Shown here piece by piece: positions 8,629-17,738 of a DNA stretch of 50,590 nt; position 1 is the stretch's first letter; every line of letters starts with the position of its first letter. The stretch comes from an uncultured bacterium (GTDB taxonomy: Bacteria > B130-G9), in assembly GCA_965372715.1 (NCBI GenBank), contig CBDVDH010000025.1, forward strand, positions 1-50,590, given 5' to 3'. The notes under the pieces were generated by a model. That model worked only from the letters and a program-made list of their open reading frames with translations. It searched no databases and was not told the DNA's origin. Position numbers and translations under genes: made by a program.

Positions 8629-9831
8629 CTATGGCCCCTGAACTTCTGGACTGGCCACGATCTTGAATCGACCGACCTGGATACTTCCCCTATGCCGTAG
8701 CCCAGCCATAGGCGCCGCCCGCCAGAAGTAGATGTCCGGCGTGAGCATGCGGTAGGCTTTGTGAGCAAGAAAGTAGCTGTTTCCGCTCACCCTGGCTCCG
8801 ACCTTGTGCAAGAAGCAAGGGTCCTGTGTAATCTCGAGGAAGTAATACTCCGCGCCGGGCACGCTCTTCCAGCGAAGCTCGATGCCGTCCGGATCGCCGA
8901 CAGGAATGCCGCCAGAGACCGGTGCGCCCGAGAAGAGCTCCACTAGGCGCTTTGCGGCGCCTGTGGCAACGTCGTTGGCGAGGACTGACACAGACAGCAG
9001 CCGACCGAGCACAGGGTAGTGCTTTGTGTAGAAGCCGATTAGGCTCTTTCTTTGGGTCTGGCGGATGCAGGGGCCTTCGTAGTTCTTCAGGCTCTGCCCA
9101 CAATAGTGAATAGCCCTTGCGCTTGGTATAAGATATATCTTGTGCAGAGCCTTTCTTATTCTCAAGCACAGGTCATTGTCCTCGTGATACATGAAGAAAC
9201 GCTCATCAAAACCGCCCAGCCGCTCGAACAACTTGCGCGGCATCATAAGGTATCCGCCGGGAACTCCCAACACCTCAATCGGCGCCTCGCTGAGCCACGT
9301 CGCCCAGTCCATTCTCCAGAACTTCTCGAAGATGCTCCCTCCAAACGGCCGACGCAGAGCGGTCTGCTGAACCAGCGCGGCCAGCGGACTTATGTTTTTC
9401 AAGAAAGAGAGCTGGAACTGCATCTCATCGTCCCAGAATGTTCTAGCCATGACGGCGCCGCACCGGTCCTGCTCGGCGAAGCCATCGAGTGAGGCGCGAA
9501 GAGCCCCGGACAGAAGGAAGACGTCAGGATTCAGAAAGAGGAGATATCGGCCGCGGGCTCTTTCTGCGCCGATATTGCAGGCCTTGCCAAAGCCGAGGTT
9601 TTCTTCGTTTGCGATCTGATGGAACCACAGAGCATCCCCAAACTTCTCGTTCGCCACGCCGATGGTCTCGTCCTTCGAGGCGTTGTCAATCAGGATGACC
9701 TCGAACCGAACGCCCTCTGCGGCCGCTGCAACGTCCTGTATGCACCTCTTGATGCAATCCTCGCTGTTGTAGCTGACAACTATGACCGAGAGTTGGGGGC
9801 GATCATCTCTCGTTGCGACACCACTTTCCAT
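8629..9831 (-). CDS. GT2 glycosyltransferase (WbbL-like) with C-terminal FN3-like extension
   Basis: SVIVVSYNS, IDNASKD, FLNPD, GGFDERFFMYHEDNDLCLR; C-terminal LRWKSVPGAEYYFLEI...YFWR. Confidence 0.88.
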   Translation of the reverse strand: MESGVATRDDRPQLSVIVVSYNSEDCIKRCIQDVAAAAEGVRFEVILIDNASKDETIGVANEKFGDALWFHQIANEENLGFGKACNIGAERARGRYLLFLNPDVFLLSGALRASLDGFAEQDRCGAVMARTFWDDEMQFQLSFLKNISPLAALVQQTALRRPFGGSIFEKFWRMDWATWLSEAPIEVLGVPGGYLMMPRKLFERLGGFDERFFMYHEDNDLCLRIRKALHKIYLIPSARAIHYCGQSLKNYEGPCIRQTQRKSLIGFYTKHYPVLGRLLSVSVLANDVATGAAKRLVELFSGAPVSGGIPVGDPDGIELRWKSVPGAEYYFLEITQDPCFLHKVGARVSGNSYFLAHKAYRMLTPDIYFWRAAPMAGLRHRGSIQVGRFKIVASPEVQGP

Positions 9832-9859
9832 AGCCAGACAACCTCAATTACGGGCGAGG

Positions 9860-10912
9860 CTAGGGCGAACCCGGCGAACTGCCGGGCAGAAACTGACCGA
9901 ACCCCTTTGAATGCCATTGCTCACGGTCCGCATCGACAATAAGGGCCTCGACCTCCGTGAGGAGATCGACTAGCTCAAGACCGCGCTTCGGTCCCATTAC
10001 AAAGACCGCCGTGGCCAGAGCGTCCGCCACCGTGGCCTCCTGGGCAACAACAGTTACGCTCTGGCACGCCTCGGCCGGATAACCCGTCGTCGGGTCAAGA
10101 ACATGATGATACCTCTTTCCATTGTACTCAAAGAATCGCTCATAATCGCCCGACGTAACAACAGCACGGTCCGTCAAAAACAGAGTGTACATCAACTCCC
10201 CCGGGCGCCTCGGATGTTTGACTCCAATCCGCCATCTCTCGCCATTGAGCCGCCTCCCGGAAACGAACATATCCCCGCCCGCGTTCACGATGAAATTGTG
10301 CACGCCCGCGCCTACGAGAGCTCTGGCGGCAACGTCGATGGCATAGCCCTTGGCCAGCCCGCCGAGATCGAGCCTCATCCCCCTCATCGGCAAACGGACG
10401 GTTCCCGAAGTCGCCGAAACCTCAACCCGGGTGTAGTCAACGTTCCGAAGGTTTCTTGCGATAGCGTCGGGCTGGGGAGGCTTGGCGCTGTTTTCTGATG
10501 CGAAGTCCCAAAGGTGATAGACCGCGCCAATCGTTACGTCGAAGGCGCCTCCGCTGAGCTCTGACACCTGCCTTGCGCTGTCGAGAACTGAAATCAATGA
10601 GGCCGGGGCCGCTACCTGCGTCTGTCCCGCCGACTCGTTGATCCTCTGGATGACGCTTCCGTCGATGTTGACTGACATCTCGCTCTCGACCCGGCGAATC
10701 TCATCAAAAGCCTCTTGGATGGCGCGCCTCAGACCCGAATCGTCGAGCTGTTCAGCCCAGGCCTGTATCTCGACAAGGGTGCCAAGCATGAGATTATCAA
10801 CTTTGACGACCGTTGGCTCGTCCGTGAATCCCTCATGCAGAATCGAAACCAGAACGATCGAGGCGATGGCGACGAAAACCAAGAGAAACCAGAACGAGTG
10901 GGCGTGCCTCAT
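9860..10912 (-). CDS. apbE: FAD:protein FMN transferase
   Basis: LGTLV, GAFDVTIG, DLGGLAKGY, NAGGD, TSGDYERFF, HHVLDPTTGYP, ADALATA; N-terminal anchor. Confidence 0.93.
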   Translation of the reverse strand: MRHAHSFWFLLVFVAIASIVLVSILHEGFTDEPTVVKVDNLMLGTLVEIQAWAEQLDDSGLRRAIQEAFDEIRRVESEMSVNIDGSVIQRINESAGQTQVAAPASLISVLDSARQVSELSGGAFDVTIGAVYHLWDFASENSAKPPQPDAIARNLRNVDYTRVEVSATSGTVRLPMRGMRLDLGGLAKGYAIDVAARALVGAGVHNFIVNAGGDMFVSGRRLNGERWRIGVKHPRRPGELMYTLFLTDRAVVTSGDYERFFEYNGKRYHHVLDPTTGYPAEACQSVTVVAQEATVADALATAVFVMGPKRGLELVDLLTEVEALIVDADREQWHSKGFGQFLPGSSPGSP

Positions 10913-11196
10913 CAGATCAGGGCTCTCCCTGTCGCGCAGAGCGCGGCATCTCGTTAATGTGGGGGGCCAGAGGTATGCGTGGAGCTCTCTCTGGATACAG
11001 TCTTAATGCAATGGTGATACAACTGCGAGCCGGGATGAGCGGCGCGGTCGAATGCCCAGACGCCTCGATTGATTGTCGCATTAGCATTTACGATTGATTT
11101 CGCTACAGCTTGGTATCCGGCGAATCTTCGTCCTAGGGCCATCGACAGCGACAACATTGCACCTACAACAGGCCTTGATGTGCTGTGCCCCGGAGA

Positions 11197-11619
11197 TTAC
11201 CTGCCCACCTCCGGATGACACCTGACGCTTCCCTTTATCTTCAGGTCCCTGATCCGGCACATCGCTCTTTTTCGCAGCGCCAGGTTGCTCCTGTGCAGAA
11301 GCGCGATCTTCTTCCAGCATGTCATCGCTTTTCTGAACTCGCCTCGCCGCTCATACAGCGCAGCGATGACCATTGTGGTTCTTGACACGTCGCCCATTGG
11401 AAGGGCCGGATAGCCGGGCCGGGGTTCCTCCTGAGCGCCCAAAAGCCTTTTCTCAACCGCCGACCGCTTTATTGAGGCCCGAACGTCCTCCTCAAAAAGC
11501 ACCACCGCCCGCGAGTGGCAATCCCCGCTGCAATACGTGTAGCCCGCCTCCGCAACCATCTTCCTCATATCGCGGATCGGCCGATGACAGAACGCACAAT
11601 ACGTAGGCACAGGCCTCAC
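11197..11619 (-). CDS. Hypothetical protein with CxxC...YCSxxC treble-clef zinc finger and one TPR-like repeat
   Basis: YCAFCHRPI...YCSGDC; IAALYERRGEFRKAMTCWKK. Confidence 0.6.
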   Translation of the reverse strand: MRPVPTYCAFCHRPIRDMRKMVAEAGYTYCSGDCHSRAVVLFEEDVRASIKRSAVEKRLLGAQEEPRPGYPALPMGDVSRTTMVIAALYERRGEFRKAMTCWKKIALLHRSNLALRKRAMCRIRDLKIKGSVRCHPEVGR

Positions 11620-11726
11620 GCCTCAATTCTTTTGACCCATATAATCAAGCATCCCAATCAATATCAACACAAGAATGCGCCCGAACGGCACGATTGTTCA
11701 ATACCGAATCCGGGAAAGGGCTACCA

Positions 11727-11942
11727 TCAGCCCGGAAAGGCGAAGGTAGCGGCTCGGTATCGTCTGTCACGCAGCCTACGCTGGGTGCGACTATTCGGCA
11801 TCTGTGCCCTCTGCGGCTGTGTGGTGGAGTATGACATTGTGAAAACGATGATGCCAAGCAGCCCTGCAAGGATAAGCGTCTGACGCCTATTGTTCTTGGC
11901 AGTTTGGCTCACTGCGGGTCTTTTCCTCGACGGGCTGGCCAT
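11727..11942 (-). CDS. Possible 71-aa single-TM protein or gene remnant
   Basis: ATG overlaps the upstream stop (TAATG); basic N-terminus followed by LILAGLLGIIVF. Confidence 0.3.
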   Translation of the reverse strand: MASPSRKRPAVSQTAKNNRRQTLILAGLLGIIVFTMSYSTTQPQRAQMPNSRTQRRLRDRRYRAATFAFPG

Positions 11943-13402
11943 TATTCGCGAGGCCGAAGCTCCAGCAGGCACGCGGCGCTGTCGGCGTTTCTTATCGATT
12001 GCTTTATTACGCAGAATGGCTCGATGTCAGATAACATCGCTTCGGCAAACTCGAAATCCCCGTGTGACGCAACAAGCCAGAACCTGATAGGCTTGCCTGC
12101 TATATGCCAGGCCCAGATGATCTGCCCAGAGTCCAGGCCCAAGTTCTGGAGCCATACTGTGTTCTTCTGCATTTCGGGTCCGGCATAGACCAAGAACGCG
12201 GGGCTTGCATACACAGAGACAACAAACTTGGCATCGCTATGAGGTCCATGCTTTACTTCTTCGAGAACCTGACGCATCTCCTGCCGGGCAATAAGCCTCG
12301 GGTAATCATCAACCAGGTTATAAAGAGCGAAGAGGACAAGGGCCACGCCGAGCGCTTGCATGGCCCGGGAAAGGACCTGAGGCTTCAACGAACGGTGTGC
12401 GGCATCGAGTCCGGAGGCCAGAAATAGAAGCGCCGCCGGGGCAGAGTATATGGTGAGCCTGCCGGCCGAGAATGGATAGACATGCAGCCAAGCAGCCACC
12501 AGCGCCGAGGCAAGCATGCCCCCGGCGAGCAGGTTCAAGGATGAATTCCCCGATTTGCCGAGCGCGCACGCGCCCCAAACACACAGCACAAACGCAAGGA
12601 GCGGCGCGGCTGGTAGACCGGCCGCGGAGGCGACAACCTTCACGAGATTATTCGTCAGCCAGTCAGTATAAGGGCTTTGAGGGAAGCTGTTGACCCAAAA
12701 CGCCATCATGTCCTCGTAATTGACGGAGTCTCGGGCGGCGGCTATATAGACAGAGCAACAGGCGATGGCCATAGCGCAAAGGAGCACGGTCAAGGCCACA
12801 CGCTTCGACCTGAGATCATCTTTCAGCGCGGAGACGCCAGCCACGATCACAAGACCCAGCAGGACGAATATGGAAGTGTATGACAGCCACACTAGCGCCG
12901 GCAGCGCCGCCGCAACGATATATCTTGTCCATCTTGACAGACGTTCCCAGGCAATGGCGGCCATGAGGACCAACACCGCTGACAGTTCGTCCGACGCGTA
13001 GTGCTTGAAACTGGTGGCCCACTCGATGTGCGACGGGCCAATGGCCAGCATTGAGAGCACGCACAGCGCAAAGAAGCGCGAGGTCGTGCGCAGCAGAACC
13101 CGGCCCATGAGCCACAACGAGAGGCAGCTGCAAACCAGCGGCAGGAGCCTGAGCGAATACTCCAGCTGCCCCCATAGAACGTGGATAAGCCTGGAGATAA
13201 GCAGGAAGAGCGGAGGAGCAACCTGCATGCAGTCAAGTCGGCTCAGAAGACCTCCGTACGAACGTTCAACGAGGTTGACGGCAAGCAGCGCCTCGTCTAT
13301 CCAAAGACTTCTGTTCTGCAAGTAGATAGCCAGCCGGACCGCTATGCCGACCGCGACTATCGCGAAGACAAGCCACCGCGCCCGATCTGTCCGCTCAGTC
13401 AT
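11942..13402 (-). CDS. GT-C (GT39-like) membrane glycosyltransferase
   Basis: RSLWIDEALLAVN, QVAPPLFL, LRLLPL, FKHYASD; many TM helices. Confidence 0.8.
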   Translation of the reverse strand: MTERTDRARWLVFAIVAVGIAVRLAIYLQNRSLWIDEALLAVNLVERSYGGLLSRLDCMQVAPPLFLLISRLIHVLWGQLEYSLRLLPLVCSCLSLWLMGRVLLRTTSRFFALCVLSMLAIGPSHIEWATSFKHYASDELSAVLVLMAAIAWERLSRWTRYIVAAALPALVWLSYTSIFVLLGLVIVAGVSALKDDLRSKRVALTVLLCAMAIACCSVYIAAARDSVNYEDMMAFWVNSFPQSPYTDWLTNNLVKVVASAAGLPAAPLLAFVLCVWGACALGKSGNSSLNLLAGGMLASALVAAWLHVYPFSAGRLTIYSAPAALLFLASGLDAAHRSLKPQVLSRAMQALGVALVLFALYNLVDDYPRLIARQEMRQVLEEVKHGPHSDAKFVVSVYASPAFLVYAGPEMQKNTVWLQNLGLDSGQIIWAWHIAGKPIRFWLVASHGDFEFAEAMLSDIEPFCVIKQSIRNADSAACLLELRPRE

Positions 13403-13480
13403 ATCGTTCTCGTCCGTTGATTTTACCCCGCGATATGGGTGGCCATTGTCGGCTCAAAAGACCCCGACGCGACAAGCCCA

Positions 13481-13510
13481 TTGACCAGAAAGCCTCACCG
13501 CAAATATACT
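13481..13510 (+). promoter_or_regulatory. sigma70-type promoter of purB
   Basis: TTGACC-N18-TATACT, then RBS AAGGAG before ATG 13543. Confidence 0.55.
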
Positions 13511-13542
13511 GACGATACTAATCTAGCATAAGGAGCACAGCA

Positions 13543-15093
13543 ATGGATCGTTTTCACGCGGTAAGTCCGCTCGATTTTCGCTATTACGGCGGCGAGCAAT
13601 CGCTCTTTTCAAGACTCAAGCCCTTCGTTTGCGAAGAGGCGTCAATTCGTTACCAAGCCAGGGCTGAGGCGGCACTGGTTGAGACGTTCGCCGACCTGGG
13701 CCTCTGTTCACGCGATGTCGCTGACGAGGTCACTGAAGCAGCCGAATCCATCAGCGCCTCGCGCGTCTATGAGCTCGACGAGGCTCTCCACCACACGTCA
13801 AGGGCGCTGGTTGAGGCGATTCGCGAGAAGGTCTCGGCCGAGTCGCAGCGATTCGTGCATCTCTTTGCGACCTCGTTCGACATCCTCGATACCACCAACG
13901 CGCTACGCTACCAGGACCTCGCTCGTGAGGTCTTGATTCCCGACTTGGCCGCGCTCGTCTCGACGCTTTGTCGCATCGCGAGGAATCACGCAGGCACACT
14001 CCAGATCGGCCGGACGCATGGGATGCACGCTGAACCGATCACGTTCGGGCTTTTCCTCTCGGTATATGTCAGTCGCCTCGCAAATCGTACGATGGCGATT
14101 GAGGCCGCCAGGCAGAACCTGAGGGGTAAGCTCTCCGGGGCTGTGGGCGGTCACAACGCGCTCGCTCTGATGTTCCCGAAGTCCGCGCATCTGGTCGAGC
14201 GGCTTTTCCTGGCCAGACTAGGGCTGCTCCCGTCGGACACATATACATCGACGCAGATCGCTGAGCCGGAGTTCGTGGCCGATTACAGCCATTCGCTCGT
14301 CAGCTGCTTCTCCGTTTTGGCCAACCTCGCGGACGATATGCGCCACCTGCACCGCTCGGAGATAGCCGAGGTGATCGAGCCTCGCGGCAGCACGGGCGTC
14401 GGCTCATCCACGATGCCGCACAAGACCAATCCCAAGAGCTTCGAGAACATCAAGAGCCTTTACAAGGCCTTCATGCCCAGGATGGTGACGCAGTATCTGG
14501 ACCAGACCTCGGAGCACCAGCGCGACCTCACGAATTCCGCGTCCGGGCGGTTCACAACGGAGCTCGTTGCGGCCTTCGATTACGCCGTCGTGAGAATGCA
14601 GAAGACGCTCGATGGGCTTGTCATAGACCAGGAAAAAATGAAGGCGAACCTCGACCCGAGTATGGGCTTCATCGCCGCCGAACCGCTCTACATCCTGCTC
14701 TCGCTGGCCGGTCTGCCGGACGCCTACGACAAGGCAAAGAACCTCGCCTCGGCCGCGCCAGAGCGGGGCCTTAGCGTCTTGGAGCTCGCCCGCCAGGACG
14801 AATCCCTTAAGGACGCTCTTGCCTCCTTAAGCGCTGGTAACCTTGAGATATTAGAGGACCCAGCCCGATACATCGGCGACGCGCCCGCGCGGGTGCATGC
14901 GACCTGCGACCACTGGGAGGCAAAGATGTCGGAGCTCTTGGAATACCTCAAGACAGAAAAACAAGCGCTGAAGAAGCCGCCCGTCCGCTGGCTCAAGATC
15001 CTCGCGAAAACGATAGCCGACGCCGAGGCCGGCAAGCTCGTGCCCGAGCAAACCATCCCCTACTCACGCCGCAACATGATCGAGGAGTGGTAG
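13543..15093 (+). CDS. purB: Adenylosuccinate lyase (fumarase/aspartase superfamily)
   Basis: SPLDFRY, GRTHGMHAEP, GKLSGAVG, signature GSSTMPHKTNP, EHQRDLTNS. Confidence 0.87.
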   Translation: MDRFHAVSPLDFRYYGGEQSLFSRLKPFVCEEASIRYQARAEAALVETFADLGLCSRDVADEVTEAAESISASRVYELDEALHHTSRALVEAIREKVSAESQRFVHLFATSFDILDTTNALRYQDLAREVLIPDLAALVSTLCRIARNHAGTLQIGRTHGMHAEPITFGLFLSVYVSRLANRTMAIEAARQNLRGKLSGAVGGHNALALMFPKSAHLVERLFLARLGLLPSDTYTSTQIAEPEFVADYSHSLVSCFSVLANLADDMRHLHRSEIAEVIEPRGSTGVGSSTMPHKTNPKSFENIKSLYKAFMPRMVTQYLDQTSEHQRDLTNSASGRFTTELVAAFDYAVVRMQKTLDGLVIDQEKMKANLDPSMGFIAAEPLYILLSLAGLPDAYDKAKNLASAAPERGLSVLELARQDESLKDALASLSAGNLEILEDPARYIGDAPARVHATCDHWEAKMSELLEYLKTEKQALKKPPVRWLKILAKTIADAEAGKLVPEQTIPYSRRNMIEEW

Positions 15094-15440
15094 AGGGTCC
15101 ACGAAGGACACCAAGAAGCACGAAGGGGCGGATGATGGACAAGGACAAGAGCGAGGCGCCGGAAGGCCAGTCTGCTGAAGAGGAGAAGCCGCCCGGCTAC
15201 TATAACCCGAACGATCCTAAGGCCCGATCAGGAATCGATCTCGTAAGTCTTGGCTCCCTGAAGGGGAGGAACGTGAGTAGCCCCGTGTGAAACGCGGGGA
15301 ATCTGTCCAAGCAGACAATCCTCTATCCCGAAGGCCTCGGGCTCTATTGTGGGCTTCGATCTACATCGATCCATAGGTTGAAACCCACGGCTATTGACAT
15401 TACGCCCTCTCAGGGCGCGAGCCGTTACGAAAACACATCA

Positions 15441-16844
15441 TCAGAAGACAGTCTTAACCAGCTCCTTGAGGGGTAGAAGGAAGAGGCCCAGGAGAAGATT
15501 GGCGGCGACGGCGCCCACTACGAGGAGCGCGAGCCTCGCTTTGCCCTTGTCGCGGCTGATTGTGTCGATGGCGAAGCCGGCAAAGACTATCGTTGCGATG
15601 TCGGCAGGCATCTTGAGCCGGGAATGATAGAGGATGATCGTCGTCGCAAACCAGAAATTTGCAGCAATCGCCAGCAGGGGCAGTGTCGCTACGAGTCTTT
15701 TTTTCTTGATTGCGAAGTATAGACCGAGCGCGGCGAATATCGCGATGACGCCATAGGCGTAGAGGTATTCGCCCTTTCTGCCTTCGATCGATGAGATTGG
15801 CATCCAGAAGTTGACGAAGTTGGCTATCCTGTCCCTCACGAGGACAAGCTTATTCTCGCGGAAGAACTCAAACGATCTCTCTGTGAAGAACTCGCTGATC
15901 TCGGTCTCTGTTTGAGGCATCTGGGCCGGATTGTAAGCCTTGCGTATGCCGTCCTGTTGCGCCTGGGCCCCAAAGAGGCTGTGCTTTTGGATCGCGTCGA
16001 AAAACGCCTCGCTGGTAAGCGCGCCCGCCTCGGCCTGAGCCTCAATGTCACGCCGCGCCCTCAAGAGGTCTGCGTCGAATTCAAAATGGACCTTTGTGTT
16101 GTGCCACAGAACCCACCCCAGGTGAGTGTCCGTCGGGATGAACTCGCCAAACACGACGTAATTCCTGATGACCCAGGGCGCCACCACAGCCACGAACAGC
16201 AGGTAGAACACAACGATGCGGGGCCCTATCTTCGTTGACACATTACGCCTGCATAGGATGATCATCATGGGAATGAAGAACAGGACAAGGAACGGAAGCA
16301 GGACCATCCGGCAGAGGAAGGCAATCCCGAAACCCAGTCCCGCCAGAGCGAAGAACTTCGTAGCGCCTCGTTTGATGGCTAGAACTAAGAGGCATAGCGA
16401 GGCGCTTAGAAGGGCGATGAAGAGGGTTTCCGTCATAAGCTTGGGCACGTAGTAAAGCATGGTAGGATAGACGGCGAAAATGGCCCCCGCCCACACGCCT
16501 GCGCTGCGACCGAGCGTAAGATAGCCGAGAGAGAAAATCAGCCCCGCGGTGATGGCACTAATGAAGGCCTGAAGCCATCTGACAGCTCTGTGACTGCGTT
16601 TGCCGACAACCTGATAGACGCCGGCTATCATCATTGAGTAGAGCGGCGGCCTGAACGCGGACGGCTGGCCCTTGACGTAGCAATAGCCATTCCCTTCATA
16701 GAGGTTTTTGCCGATCAGCTCGTAGTCCGCCTCGTCGAAGTTGAAGTATCTGAGCTCGGGCGGCTCGGCCGAGCACAGAAGGAAAATGGCCCTGGTTGCC
16801 AGAGCGAGGAGGACAATGAGAAGAAACGCTCTTGAATTGCTCAC
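15441..16844 (-). CDS. GT-C (GT39/ArnT-like) membrane glycosyltransferase
   Basis: FDEADYE, FRPPLYS, MTETLF, PWVIRNY; many TM helices. Confidence 0.82.
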   Translation of the reverse strand: MSNSRAFLLIVLLALATRAIFLLCSAEPPELRYFNFDEADYELIGKNLYEGNGYCYVKGQPSAFRPPLYSMMIAGVYQVVGKRSHRAVRWLQAFISAITAGLIFSLGYLTLGRSAGVWAGAIFAVYPTMLYYVPKLMTETLFIALLSASLCLLVLAIKRGATKFFALAGLGFGIAFLCRMVLLPFLVLFFIPMMIILCRRNVSTKIGPRIVVFYLLFVAVVAPWVIRNYVVFGEFIPTDTHLGWVLWHNTKVHFEFDADLLRARRDIEAQAEAGALTSEAFFDAIQKHSLFGAQAQQDGIRKAYNPAQMPQTETEISEFFTERSFEFFRENKLVLVRDRIANFVNFWMPISSIEGRKGEYLYAYGVIAIFAALGLYFAIKKKRLVATLPLLAIAANFWFATTIILYHSRLKMPADIATIVFAGFAIDTISRDKGKARLALLVVGAVAANLLLGLFLLPLKELVKTVF

Positions 16845-17081
16845 AGTTTAGGGCCTTTCCAGTTTCATCACGCAACCAACCATTAATCTGCTCACACGCC
16901 TCCACACATCCTTTCGTGCCGGCTCGAATCTAAAGGACTGAGCCATTCTATTCAACCGTCGAGTCGATGAACGTGTGTATTTCAGCCTAACTCCTCGCTG
17001 CAATTGCTTGACTTCTGGCATCTCTTTGGGCAGCTTTTACTAGGATACTGAATAGCTCCTGAGACATGGCGGAAGACAGCA

Positions 17082-17528
17082 ATGGAATACTGGATTGAGA
17101 GTTTGGGACAGAATCCTCGAGCCCTCGGGCCGGTTGTCGTTGTGGTTGTCGCGATTGCTATCCTCGTTGTGGTCTTTGCGCTCAGCAGGTTGTTTGTTGG
17201 CCGCAAGGACCTGGACAAAGATCGCCTCGCCTTGGATACGGAGCTTTATAAGCTCGAGAAATTCGCCAGCATGAAGAAGAAAGAGCAGATGGGGGACAAG
17301 GAGTCGAGGGCAGAGTCGTTTTGGCCCAAGCAGGACCAGGGCGGGGTAACGGCTGCCGGGGAACCCGGTGCGGCCGATCAGTCGGCGCCGGCCCGGGAGA
17401 GCCAACCCGACGCTCAGCTCGCCAAAGGCGCAGTCTCGCCAACCGGCGGACAGGCTGACGAGGAAGACGACGAATTCGCGGACATACGCAGAGAGAATCT
17501 GGTCAGGGATTGGAGCGAGAACGATTGA
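17082..17528 (+). CDS. Hypothetical single-TM protein with acidic disordered tail
   Basis: One TM (VVVVVVAIAILVVVFAL) followed by a charged helix and a low-complexity region. Confidence 0.6.
   Translation: MEYWIESLGQNPRALGPVVVVVVAIAILVVVFALSRLFVGRKDLDKDRLALDTELYKLEKFASMKKKEQMGDKESRAESFWPKQDQGGVTAAGEPGAADQSAPARESQPDAQLAKGAVSPTGGQADEEDDEFADIRRENLVRDWSEND
17416..17450 (+). repeat. 35-bp intragenic repeat, copy 1
   Basis: agctcgccaaaggcgcagtctcgccaaccggcgga; 34/35 identical to 47729-47763. Confidence 0.85.
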
Positions 17529-17536
17529 TGAGAAGG

Positions 17537-17704
17537 GATCCACGAATGACACGAAGAGACACGAAGAGAGTATGGTCTCTCTCTCGCATTTGCTGTTTTC
17601 GGTAACCTAAGCTGCAAGATGCCCTCGGTCGTTGTATGTGCGTCTTAACTCCAACGTGAATCAGGAGAAGGTCAGTAAAGGTCTCTTCGTGTCATTCCTG
17701 GATC
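17537..17704. mobile_element. MITE-like element with 24-bp terminal inverted repeats
   Basis: gatccacgaatgacacgaagagac (17537-17560) vs reverse complement of 17681-17704, 23/24 match; related CACGAA array near 15099-15128. Confidence 0.55.
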
Positions 17705-17738
17705 ATCAATCCTATCGTGCCTTTTAGGAGACTCTTAG

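Noticed and set aside
14900-15093. C-terminal extension of PurB as a novel domain
   Set aside because: Only about 60 aa with no motif; within plausible family length variation.
15132-15290. Short ORF MMDKDKSEAPEG... after purB
   Set aside because: It has a plausible RBS but no recognisable motif and follows a repeat array; cannot be supported as a gene.
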